IMG/VR virus record: IMGVR_UViG_2920580016_000002
Span: 1-64,000 of that record
Origin: a virus
Taxonomy: Duplodnaviria; Caudoviricetes
Reading direction: 5' to 3' (one strand)
DNA: 64,000 bases
Under the pieces are notes generated by a model. The model had not been told where the DNA came from. It saw nothing but the letters and a program-made list of their open reading frames with translations, and did not search any database. Below are positions 1-8,771 of the stretch, piece after piece (positions within the stretch are counted from its first letter, which is position 1; every line of letters begins with the position of its first letter). Both the position numbers and the translations under genes were made by a program.

Positions 1-540
1 TCACCCGTTCTCCCTATCAGGCTCGTAGGTGTCGCCGTCGAACTCCTGCTCCGCCAGCCAGGCCAGCACCCGGCCCATCCCAATGTCGTCCAGGCCCTTG
101 TACGGGCGCGGATCCTCCAGCAACGTCGGGATGCCGGACGCGGTCCGATCCTCGGCCCAGATGTAGTCCTTGCCGCCGAAGACGTCATCGATCCATATGG
201 TCGGCCGGTCGCCAATGAACTTGGTCACCGGCCCGAACTTCGCCGTATAGCCGAATCCTGTGCCGCCGTACCGGCCGACCTCGATCTGCGGGAGGTCCTC
301 CGGCAACCCGAGTTGCCTGGCCATCCATGCCAGTGCGGACGGCTCCGTCCTCCAGCTCGTCGCCCAGACGGCCTCCACGCGCGGCAGCACCTCGGCCAGC
401 CAATCGGCGTGCGCCGGATTCACCCAGGCGAACCCAGACCGTTCCGGCCCGGAGTACATCCTGCGCTCGTAGCCGTCTGGCGCATCATCAGAAATCGGGT
501 TGAAGACGCCGTCCACATCCATCACCAGATAGGGCTTCAC
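1..540 (-). CDS. HAD-superfamily phosphatase (HAD_SAK_1 / RNA-repair-type HAD domain)
   Basis: N-terminal hhhhDVDGVFN motif I, VWATSW motif II and WIDD motif IV; family assigned from motif recognition only. Confidence 0.75.
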   Translation of the reverse strand: MKPYLVMDVDGVFNPISDDAPDGYERRMYSGPERSGFAWVNPAHADWLAEVLPRVEAVWATSWRTEPSALAWMARQLGLPEDLPQIEVGRYGGTGFGYTAKFGPVTKFIGDRPTIWIDDVFGGKDYIWAEDRTASGIPTLLEDPRPYKGLDDIGMGRVLAWLAEQEFDGDTYEPDRENG

Positions 541-785
541 AGCGAGCCCCCGTTCTTGAGCGGGTCGTCCTTCAGAGCTTCCGCAATCATCTGGTCCATC
601 AGCATCTTGGCTTCGTCGGCCAGCCCCGACATGATGCGCTGGTACTCATGCAGCGCCGCCGTCTGCTCGGCCTGGTTTGCTCCCTGGGCCTTGCCGACGA
701 ACAGGTACACCTTCTTCTGATTCTCCTTGAGTACGTTCCAGGCCGCCTGGACCGCGCGCAGCCGCGCCATCTGCTCGTCGCTCAC
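537..785 (-). CDS. hypothetical protein (helical)
   Basis: 82-aa ORF with 4-bp overlaps to both neighbours, typical of phage operon packing. Confidence 0.7.
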   Translation of the reverse strand: MSDEQMARLRAVQAAWNVLKENQKKVYLFVGKAQGANQAEQTAALHEYQRIMSGLADEAKMLMDQMIAEALKDDPLKNGGSL

Positions 786-1363
786 TCGTCATCCACCACT
801 TCATTCAGCGGGAACTCCTCGGCGCTGGCCATCCAGTCCGTGGTCCAGGCCATTGTCCCGTTCTGCGTTATCCAGACCGTTCCGTCCAGGATCTTCTCGT
901 TCGCGTAGACGGTCACGGCGTTGGACAGTCGCCGCACCGTGAGCTGCTCGCGCTCCTCCCGGCCGCACAGGACCTTGACCACGGCCTTGCGCATCTCCTC
1001 CTCTGTCGTGCACACAGCGACCTGAGTGGGGGCGAACGGCTCCAGTCCGTTCCGCCTGCGGTCGAGCGTCACCACCCACGCCTTCTCCAGCTCTGGCCGC
1101 TTCGCAGGCTCGGGCGTCACCGTCGGCGGCATGCACAACAGCGCGGCGGCCACGTCGTGCAGCGCCTCCATCTCGGCTTCGCGGTACTTGCGCATGTCCT
1201 TGTCGTTGAAGGTGTAGTTGTGCCCACCCCAGAACCAGAGCCGCTCGTACCGCTCGGCGAGTTCCTGCTGGACCGTCTCCATGTAGGCCAGCGCCACGGC
1301 GCTACCGGCCACGAGCGGGCGCAGGTGCCGGAAGATGTCCTTCTCCAGCGTCGGCTTGCTCAC
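782..1363 (-). CDS. hypothetical protein
   Basis: Start moved to GTG 1363 (MSKPTLEKD), which overlaps the stop of the upstream gene. Confidence 0.65.
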   Translation of the reverse strand: MSKPTLEKDIFRHLRPLVAGSAVALAYMETVQQELAERYERLWFWGGHNYTFNDKDMRKYREAEMEALHDVAAALLCMPPTVTPEPAKRPELEKAWVVTLDRRRNGLEPFAPTQVAVCTTEEEMRKAVVKVLCGREEREQLTVRRLSNAVTVYANEKILDGTVWITQNGTMAWTTDWMASAEEFPLNEVVDDE

Positions 1364-1626
1364 GCCGCATCCTCCTCCCACGTAAAGACGGTCTGGTCGG
1401 CCAGCCGCGCGACCTTCCATGTCTCGACCCAGACCTTGCTCCTGTCCTCGTCGGGCCAGCCGCCGTGCTCTGCGTACATTCGCCGGAGCGTCCGGAACAC
1501 GCAAACCTTGTCCTCCGCCAGCTCCAGAACCTCACCGAAATTGATCGTCGGCTTGCCGTAGTGCTGGCCCACGAAGACGACCTTGTCTCCCAGCTCCAGC
1601 TCTTGGCCGATTGCGTCGCGGGTCAC
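1360..1626 (-). CDS. hypothetical protein, SH3/KOW-like beta barrel
   Basis: GTG 1626 start (MTRDAIGQELELGDKVVF..GEV); the D..G.el..GDkV pattern is also seen in ORF 33911-34234. Confidence 0.6.
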   Translation of the reverse strand: MTRDAIGQELELGDKVVFVGQHYGKPTINFGEVLELAEDKVCVFRTLRRMYAEHGGWPDEDRSKVWVETWKVARLADQTVFTWEEDAA

Positions 1627-1988
1627 TTCGCCTCCCTTTCGGCCGCCCACTTGTCGAGCAGCTCGGCCAGCTCTTCGAGCTGCTCCAGGTTGAGCTTGGC
1701 CCCGAAGCGGATGTCGATGTGACGCTCGCGGATGCGCGTCATGGCGTCGGCGTAGCGCACGTCCCGCTCCGCCTGGGCGACCGTCTTGACGTGCGTCCAG
1801 GACTCCTTTTCGTTCTTGTTGCCGGTGTCCAGGCGGAACGTCGCCACGTGCTGGTTGTGGGAACCCCACTCGACGTCAAACAGAGCCCGGCGCACAGACG
1901 TCACCCTGCCCGGCCGTCCACCAGGAGGCTGGCTCTTGTCATAGCGCTGGAAGACGCGGACCTCGTCTCCCTCCTTGACCTCGATCAC
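1623..1988 (-). CDS. hypothetical protein
   Basis: GTG 1988 start (MIEVKEGDEVRV) with 4-bp overlaps. Confidence 0.65.
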   Translation of the reverse strand: MIEVKEGDEVRVFQRYDKSQPPGGRPGRVTSVRRALFDVEWGSHNQHVATFRLDTGNKNEKESWTHVKTVAQAERDVRYADAMTRIRERHIDIRFGAKLNLEQLEELAELLDKWAAEREAK

Positions 1989-2305
1989 GACGCCTCCTGG
2001 CGGGCGAGCTGGAGGAAGGAGCAGGCGTGCTCCGGAAGCGATTCGAGAGACCTCGGTCGCAGGCGAAGACCGCAGTCGTCGCACAGGACACTGCCGGACA
2101 TGGCGAAGTCCCTCTCAGCATCGTAGGAGATGGCCTCCGAGACCATGTCCCGGCTGAGCGTCCACTGGACGTGCCGGGAGTCGTTAGGCGAGATCGGCAA
2201 GAGCGACTCGGCGACGAGTCCCTCATCCCGGTAGTGGATGATGTCGGCCTGCTTGCCTTCGATGATGACGGGCATCCCGGCGTACAAATCAGCATGCGTG
2301 AGCAT
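1985..2305 (-). CDS. hypothetical protein with C-terminal CxxC...H/C zinc-finger-like motif
   Basis: GGAG RBS before ATG; LCDDCG...HAC. Confidence 0.65.
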   Translation of the reverse strand: MLTHADLYAGMPVIIEGKQADIIHYRDEGLVAESLLPISPNDSRHVQWTLSRDMVSEAISYDAERDFAMSGSVLCDDCGLRLRPRSLESLPEHACSFLQLARQEAS

Positions 2306-2391
2306 GGGTCTCCTGAGGGGTGGGGGATTTCAGGAGACCCATCTTCCTCTCCCGGTTTGGTAAACGCAAGCGGGCGCGGAGCGCCCGAAAA

Positions 2392-2850
2392 CTACGCCTC
2401 CACCGTGACGTCCAGGCCCAGCTCCTTCAGCTCAGCCTGGAGGTCGTGCAGAGTGCTCGCCAGGCCCTCCATCTCGTCCTTGGCCTCGGCGAGGGTCTCG
2501 CGGTCGCCCTCCTTGTCAATCCAGGTCGTGGCGTACCCGACGAAGTTCTCCGTCGTCTCGATGTACTCGCCCAGCTTCTCCTCGATCGTTTCGAGGTCGG
2601 CCGTCAGGTTGGCCAGGGCAGTGAGGTGCTCGGCGATCTGCGGGAAGATGCCGCCCAGCTCCTCCAGCGCCTCGGCGTGCTCCACGAGGCTCGGCAGCTC
2701 CGTCTCCGTGAGCGACTGGACCTGAGTACGGCGGATCTCGGCATAGCCGGACAGGGTCTCGAACTCCGCTACGACCTCGGCCGCGTGGTCGCGGTTGTAC
2801 GGCTTGCCCTGGAGCATCTTCTCCAGCGGGGTCAGTTTGGGCATAGGCAT
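2392..2850 (-). CDS. acidic coiled-coil hypothetical protein
   Basis: GGAG 8 nt before ATG 2850 (MPMPKL); heptad-rich, very acidic. Confidence 0.65.
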   Translation of the reverse strand: MPMPKLTPLEKMLQGKPYNRDHAAEVVAEFETLSGYAEIRRTQVQSLTETELPSLVEHAEALEELGGIFPQIAEHLTALANLTADLETIEEKLGEYIETTENFVGYATTWIDKEGDRETLAEAKDEMEGLASTLHDLQAELKELGLDVTVEA

Positions 2851-3527
2851 GCCAAGGGCTCCTGTCGCCAGGTGTGTGTTTGGGATGGCTCCACTCTTGC
2901 AGCCCCCGGCCGCCCGCCGCAACTGACGTCTGCGCAGGTCAAGATGCGTTTCAGAGGCCGTTTTTAAGGCTCGCGCACGCGTAATTAAGCGTTTCCCCAG
3001 CCCGCGAGGACCTCTCCGGCCCGCACTACGCGGGATTCTGGACGTAAACCTCGCCCGCAGCCGCGTAGAGCCACAATGTCACGGTTGCATAACACTGAGG
3101 TCCTGTCCGAGGAGCCGGTTAGGCTCCGGTTATGAACCTGCAAGAGATCATCGCAGCGAAGCGCCGAGAGTACGGAGCGGCCGAGTGGCGGCGCATGGAG
3201 CTGGAGGCCGAGCAGGCGACCGGCACGTGGATCGACTACCGGCGCGGTGTTGAGTGCTGGCGCTGCGGTCACACCAGCCGCCCCTGTGCCTGCCCCGAGT
3301 AGTCGCAAACGCGAAGGCGGACCTCCCGGCGACGTCTTGCTGTTCTTACGGGGAAAGCGCGACGGCAATCCTCGATGAAGGGCCGGGAGGCCCGCCACGT
3401 GCGCGGGAGGTGTTCATGTGGCCATAACCACCGTAAGGCTCTCTCGGGCCTCAATGGAGCCCGCGCACGCAACGAAGATACGCCTGCGCCCATGCTCCGG
3501 CAAGGCAATCACCAGAACTTGACGCCC

Positions 3528-3758
3528 TCACTCTGATTCGACCCAGAAGGTGGACGAGGCTCTGCCCGTGGCGTCGTACGTCAGCTTGACGATCTGCTCC
3601 GAGTCCGGCTGACCCAGGCACAGGCCGAACTCCTCCGCCAGCAGGCCCCGGTACTCCTCGTCCGAGATTGGCTCTCTGTGCCACGTCGAGACCGTGGCTG
3701 TTCCGTCTCCGTGATCACGCAGCACCGTGATCATCGTCTGCGGGTTCCCTCTGGACAC
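3528..3758 (-). CDS. possible small hypothetical protein
   Basis: 76-aa ORF with protein-like composition, isolated in the gene-poor region. Confidence 0.4.
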   Translation of the reverse strand: MSRGNPQTMITVLRDHGDGTATVSTWHREPISDEEYRGLLAEEFGLCLGQPDSEQIVKLTYDATGRASSTFWVESE

Positions 3759-5339
3759 GGGTTCGACCTTTCGCCGAATTAGCCCTAATTAATTGCTAAT
3801 TAGCTCGAAGCGAATTAAATCTATTGCACGTGCAATTAAGGGACTGGCTCCTCGCGGTGTTAGGCGCACAGCAAGGAGCCAGCCGATGCTCCATCCTGCC
3901 AGCTCGACCAGCTCGACGGTCACCGAATCCCCGCAATTCCCCCGATTCGCCGCTTGTGACGTTACGTTAGCTAGCAGGTGCCGCACGTACAGGCCACTGT
4001 CTTCACTCTCTGTACTCCCGCCGCGTGGCTGGTCGGGCCGCTAGGAGGGACCCGCAAGATCATTTAAGGGTGGGGGGTGCCTGTCAAGCGCGAGCGGCTG
4101 TCACAGCGCGTTCTAGACCTGTTGCAGAACGCTAGAGAGACTTGTGAGAATGGCACTACTCACACATAGGACGTGACCAGGCACGATGTCACACAGTGAT
4201 TTCTATACCATACGTGTCAAGCTCACGCTGTGTATCTAGACCAATCTCGGGGAAGCCCTACCGGCCACTGTCAGGAAATGATCTTCGGAGTCTGACAGTG
4301 CTGCCCGACCAACGGGAAACGGGAACGAATCCCCACTACTCTGGTTGGTTAACTGACAGCTATGTAAGGACATAAGCACAAAAGCGCTTGCAAGCCGCTT
4401 GCTCCAGCAATCACGGAATGCGCTTATATAAGTCAATTCGCATAGTTCCGACGGCGCGCGTGGCGCGCACGGAACGGGGGCACGCCGGGAAATCCATAGA
4501 TGCCTCTATGCGTCTCTGTAGTACATCTAGGAGGCTCTATGGGCCTTGTTTGGTAGTCATTCCCCGAGCCCGATTTTCTCGCCTCTATGGTGCCTTGTAG
4601 GCCCGTAAATTCGTTCTCGGAAACCTATTGACTCTCTACTCGGATCGAGTAGTCTATGGATTGTTCGGCCAGCGGGAACGGCCGGACCGGTCGCCCCACG
4701 AGCCACGATCCCCGCAAGGGATACGGGCACGGAAGCGGGTATGAGGGCCGACAATTGCATATGACTATGAGCGTGGAGAGGGCTTGCCCTTCCGTGCCCC
4801 GACTTTTCCAGGATGCTCGCGTTTCAGCCTGCGCATTGCGCGGCGCGCTTGAGCGGTCGGTGACACGCACGGACGGCAAGGGTCTAGCTAGGTCTTATTT
4901 AGTCATGCGCGGGAGTCGGTCAGATTCTTGAGTATTCAATAGTGGATTTGGGAGCACTGGACTTGTACCAATGCCCTGATGTGCCTATCTCGCAGTGTGG
5001 CAAGCGCACTGTGAGACTTGCGCGATGATCTCTCGCCGAGATACGCGGACCGTTGTCTCGCCCCGAAAATTTGGGCTGGTTGACCGGGAGCCGCTGGGTC
5101 AAGTTGTGGGAGCGTAGGCACATGTGGTTAGCCACCACGAAGGGAGCGCGTAAGCGCACGTCGCAAGCCGTAAGTAGGTCTTGGACCGGTGCCCCGGCGC
5201 GGACAGCAACGCACGAACCTTATTCACCGCGCCACACGCTAGAGATTGGCCTAGCGAACCAATCTCTTGTGTGTTCTCTGTACGGGCAGACGCGCGTACC
5301 GGGAATATGCACAAAGGCGAATCGTAGAGAGGTAAGAGA

Positions 5340-5519
5340 ATGATCACTCTCGAATACAACCCGTTCGCGAAGCAATTCGACGTCAAGCGGGATGGCGAAT
5401 ACATCGGTTTGATAGAGGAGAACCACGAGACTTACCGGGCGCGTAAGATCGGCTCAAGTTTCGCGAACACAACACAGAGCATGTGTGACGCAATCGACTT
5501 CATCACTGAGGGGAAGTAG
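5340..5519 (+). CDS. small hypothetical protein (59 aa, MITLEYNPFAKQFDVKRDGEYIG...), absent from the ORF track
   Basis: AGAGGT RBS, ATG 5340 to TAG 5519; apparent first gene of the rightward block. Confidence 0.7.
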   Translation: MITLEYNPFAKQFDVKRDGEYIGLIEENHETYRARKIGSSFANTTQSMCDAIDFITEGK

Positions 5520-5527
5520 GTAGAGGC

Positions 5528-5671
5528 ATGGCAGACAACATCGCTCGGCAAGCGCTTATCAATCGGGCGCGGAAGAACAACCACTACTTGCGGCGCGGGC
5601 TCATCTCATGGGCGGATTGGGCCGAAGAGGTGCGCCATATCCAGGCGTACGCATGGCACGTGGTCGGCTAG
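5528..5671 (+). CDS. small hypothetical protein (47 aa, MADNIARQALINRARKNN...), absent from the ORF track
   Basis: GAGG RBS, ATG 5528 to TAG 5671, followed directly by hammerhead 1. Confidence 0.65.
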   Translation: MADNIARQALINRARKNNHYLRRGLISWADWAEEVRHIQAYAWHVVG

Positions 5672-5674
5672 TGA

Positions 5675-5746
5675 TGGCGAAACGCTCGTCTCCCTAACCG
5701 GGAACGTGCGTCGTGCGTAGTTGGTCACTGCGCACCTGATGAGCCA
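5675..5746 (+). ncRNA. type II hammerhead ribozyme #1, predicted cleavage after C5712
   Basis: Stem II TGGC/GCCA, GAAA 5679-82, stem III CGC/GCG, GUC triplet 5710-12, stem I GTGCG/CGCAC, CTGATGA 5736-42. Confidence 0.88.
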
Positions 5747-5788
5747 AACCCAGCTCACAGCACCAACACACAGAAAGGCGGTAGACCC

Positions 5789-6022
5789 ATGGCACAGGGA
5801 CACATGGCGAACGTGCGGGCCGACGGGTACATGGCGCTCGTGATCGGAGCCGCGTTTTCGGACGGCTGGCATGTGGAGCAGACGGAAGAGGCTACCTACA
5901 TCTTCACCAGAGGTGACGAGACGGTCACACTGCCGTTCGTGGAGAACATGCGCGACGCGTTCGATGTCCTGCACTTCGCCGAGCGCTACGGGCTCATGAG
6001 CAAGATCACTGGCAAGCGCTGA
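5789..6022 (+). CDS. hypothetical protein
   Basis: CACACAGAAAGGCGG leader before ATG. Confidence 0.75.
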   Translation: MAQGHMANVRADGYMALVIGAAFSDGWHVEQTEEATYIFTRGDETVTLPFVENMRDAFDVLHFAERYGLMSKITGKR

Positions 6023-6139
6023 CCTTACTTCCGTGTTTCCCTATGTGCTAGCGTCTACCAAACCGGGAGGCGCTAGCACACAGCTCACACGCCCTCACCA
6101 GGGCATCTCTGTGCCCACACCCCAGAAAGGCGGCAAATC

Positions 6140-6454
6140 ATGGTCTCGTTCCTTCCGGATGGCGCGTACGACCGCGACCGTACCCAGACTCCCTACACGT
6201 GCCGAATCTGCGGAAAGGATAGCTGGGTATACAACCCAACCAACCCGAGCATGTTCCGGAGCACGCCGACGGCACACAGCTCATGTGAGAACGCGATCGG
6301 CTACACCAACGCTGACATGCGGCGTGCCACGCTGGCGGGCGATGAGCTGGGCGCGTTGCACCACTACGGCCGGTACCTCCGTGCATGCGCTGGTAACCCG
6401 GATCCCGACTCATGGGACCTGCCGTCGCTCCAGCAGTATCCCCACATTCGCTAG
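6140..6454 (+). CDS. hypothetical protein with CxxC motif
   Basis: CAGAAAGGCGG leader; CRIC...C...C. Confidence 0.7.
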   Translation: MVSFLPDGAYDRDRTQTPYTCRICGKDSWVYNPTNPSMFRSTPTAHSSCENAIGYTNADMRRATLAGDELGALHHYGRYLRACAGNPDPDSWDLPSLQQYPHIR

Positions 6455-6523
6455 GCGAAACGTGCGTCTACCTAACCGGGACGCGCGTCATGCCGGGATT
6501 GGTTACCCGGCGTCTGACGAGCC
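6454..6523 (+). ncRNA. type II hammerhead ribozyme #2, predicted cleavage after C6489
   Basis: GGC/GCC stem II, GAAA 6457-60, stem III CGTGCGTC/GACGCGCG, GUC 6487-89, stem I ATGCCGGG/CCCGGCGT, CTGACGA 6514-20. Confidence 0.92.
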
Positions 6524-6572
6524 AGACCGCGCACGGCAGAACCCCAACCATCACACAGAAAGAGGGACACCT

Positions 6573-7718
6573 ATGTCTCGCGAGTCCATGACCTGGCTGA
6601 ACACTCAGACTCTCATCGGCTTCGCCGCGAAGCGTGGGAAGGCGTGGCACTACCGGTCGGAGGAGCAGGGCGCGGAGTCGAACCACTACGACGGCGCTAT
6701 CCCGCTGGAGGACGTCAAGCGGCGGCTGTTCCACTGGGAGCCGCTGGAGATGCCCATTTTCACCATCATCCCCGCACAGATCACGGCGGACGGCGTCCAG
6801 CCTGCCCGCATCGTGCGCTTCAAGGACCGTAAGTCCATCCTTCGCTCTGACGAGATGGAGACGGTCGGTATCGACGTCGCCCACATCAGCGCGCTTGCGG
6901 CTAACCCGCATGTGGAGCTGGAAGACCTGGCGGACAAGGGCGTCCTTGCTGGCTTGGACGGCAACGCGCTGGGTGTGTTCATGGACAGCTACCAGCCGCA
7001 CCCGTACGCGCAATGGCTGCTCATGAACGTTGAGCGCATCCTTGACGGCAACCTCTCCATCGGCTCGGCCGGTCTGCTCAAGGGCGGAGCCCAGGCTTGG
7101 GTGTCCGTCGAAGTTCCCGAGAACATCAAGACGCCGGAAGGTGTGGACTTCCGCCCGAATCTGCTGGCCACCACGAGCTTTGACGGCTCGCTCGCCACCA
7201 CATACAAGAACGTGGTCACGGTGGTTGTCTGTGACAACACGCATGCGGTTGCCATGCGAGAGAAGGGGCAGGCGTTCAAGGTTCGGCACAGTTCCAAGAG
7301 TCTGAACAAGATTCAGGACGCGCGGGCCGCGCTGAACATCGTCTACGACACGGCCGACGCGTTCCAGCAGGAGGTTAAGCGGCTGTGCGAGACAACGGTC
7401 ACTGACAAGCAGTGGGCCGCGTTCATGAATGAGCTGGTGCCCGTTCCGACCGACCCGAAGAAGAAGCAGGGCATCACCATGGCGGAGAACAAGCGCGCCG
7501 AGTACGCCCAGCTCTGGAACTGGGATGAGCGTGTCAGCCCGTGGAAGAACACCGCATGGGGCGTTCTCCAGGCGGTCAACACCTACGACCACCACAAGGG
7601 CATCGTGAAGGGTGCCACGCGGGCCGAGCGCAACATGTCCAAGATGGTCAAGAACCACTTTGAAACCCTGCGTACCGACACGCTGGACACGCTGAACAAG
7701 GTTCTCGCGACGGTGTAG
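6573..7718 (+). CDS. DUF932 / phage-plasmid LGT_TIGR03299-type protein
   Basis: Start ATG 6573 after the leader; AWHY, YQPH, SAG.L.GG.Q.WV, TSFDGS..T, VVCDNT, VRHS and TAWG.LQAVNTY.HH motifs. Confidence 0.85.
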   Translation: MSRESMTWLNTQTLIGFAAKRGKAWHYRSEEQGAESNHYDGAIPLEDVKRRLFHWEPLEMPIFTIIPAQITADGVQPARIVRFKDRKSILRSDEMETVGIDVAHISALAANPHVELEDLADKGVLAGLDGNALGVFMDSYQPHPYAQWLLMNVERILDGNLSIGSAGLLKGGAQAWVSVEVPENIKTPEGVDFRPNLLATTSFDGSLATTYKNVVTVVVCDNTHAVAMREKGQAFKVRHSSKSLNKIQDARAALNIVYDTADAFQQEVKRLCETTVTDKQWAAFMNELVPVPTDPKKKQGITMAENKRAEYAQLWNWDERVSPWKNTAWGVLQAVNTYDHHKGIVKGATRAERNMSKMVKNHFETLRTDTLDTLNKVLATV

Positions 7719-7867
7719 GCCGCTCATGGGAGCGTCTCTCTAACCGGGAGATGCTCCCACCCCTTCCCCGATTTCTAGGCGAGCTAGGGGGACGCACGGG
7801 CCGCGTGTCCGTGCCTCCCTCAGTTCGATGTGACGTCGGACTCCCCACACAGAAAGGCGGTAGATCC

Positions 7868-8158
7868 GTGCTGCTCAACAAGCTCCGCACGTCCGATGCG
7901 GTCGCTAAGTTCCTCCGGCAGGCCGGTTGTCTGGGTGTGCAGATGGACAGTAGGACATGCCCGGTCGCGCAGTACATGCGGCGGTGCTATCCGCAGGCAA
8001 AGAACATCTCTGTCGGATTGCGTTTCTCGCACATCAACCTCCGTTCTGGTCTGCTCGTGATCAGGCACTCAGATGCGGTCAAGCTGTTCGTTGAGAGTTT
8101 CGACAGCGGGTATTACCACGACCTGATTAGCAAGCGTAACGACGCCGACCAGCGTTAG
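7868..8158 (+). CDS. hypothetical protein
   Basis: Leader motif followed by GTG 7868; CPVAQY and FV..FDSG.Y. Confidence 0.7.
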   Translation: MLLNKLRTSDAVAKFLRQAGCLGVQMDSRTCPVAQYMRRCYPQAKNISVGLRFSHINLRSGLLVIRHSDAVKLFVESFDSGYYHDLISKRNDADQR

Positions 8159-8160
8159 CC

Positions 8161-8409
8161 ATGCCTGCATATCCGCTCGGATTCATAGAGGCGCTCTCTG
8201 ATGACTCGCCCGAAATCCGAGAGGATGCGGCGCGCTGCATCATCGAAGAACGCGAGGTAGAGCTAGCGGGCCTTCAAGCACGCCTAGCAGTCGCGAACAC
8301 CGCAACCCGACGCCGGAATCTCCAGACGCGTCGCAAAGCCCTTAGAAACAACATCAGCGCTTGGCAGGCGTACATAGATGACGGCTGCCCGCGCTACGCA
8401 CCTTCATAG
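8161..8409 (+). CDS. hypothetical coiled-coil protein
   Basis: Tightly packed ORF. Confidence 0.65.
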   Translation: MPAYPLGFIEALSDDSPEIREDAARCIIEEREVELAGLQARLAVANTATRRRNLQTRRKALRNNISAWQAYIDDGCPRYAPS

Positions 8410-8411
8410 GA

Positions 8412-8711
8412 GTGAGTGTGTCTGAGATCCACGAGAGCACGCCCGAGCAGCCTGTTTATCTGCGGTTCCTGGTCGGCCGAATGGAGTTGCTGCATCAGGT
8501 CACCATTCCGAGCGACAACGCGGGCCGCGTGGAAATGGCGCTGGTTGTTCTGCGACGGGAGCACGACACCACGCCTTACATCGTGTGCTACGTCAGCGAG
8601 CATTCCGCGAAGTTCGGGGAGTGGTTTGAAGGTTTCTACACCTCCGATCACGTCACCGCATACGTGGAAATGGCGCGACGGGCAAAGCTCTACGGCATCG
8701 AAGTCAAGTAG
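8412..8711 (+). CDS. hypothetical protein
   Basis: AGGAG RBS; its stop overlaps hammerhead 3. Confidence 0.7.
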   Translation: MSVSEIHESTPEQPVYLRFLVGRMELLHQVTIPSDNAGRVEMALVVLRREHDTTPYIVCYVSEHSAKFGEWFEGFYTSDHVTAYVEMARRAKLYGIEVK

Positions 8712-8771
8712 GCGAAACGCGCGCTACGGCGCGTGTCGTGTCGGGAGTCGTTACCCGATGCCTGATGAGCC
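8711..8771 (+). ncRNA. type II hammerhead ribozyme #3, predicted cleavage after C8737
   Basis: GGC/GCC stem II, GAAA 8714-17, stem III CGCGCGC/GCGCGTG closed by a cUACGg tetraloop, GUC 8735-37, stem I GTGTCGGG/CCCGATGC, CTGATGA 8762-68. Confidence 0.93.

Noticed and set aside
3755-3770. GGTTCGAC as a tRNA T-loop
   Set aside because: No acceptor, D or anticodon arms can be built; no tRNA found by eye in the window
4058-4220. TTGACA hexamers as sigma70-type leftward promoters
   Set aside because: No TANNNT at 16-18 bp spacing
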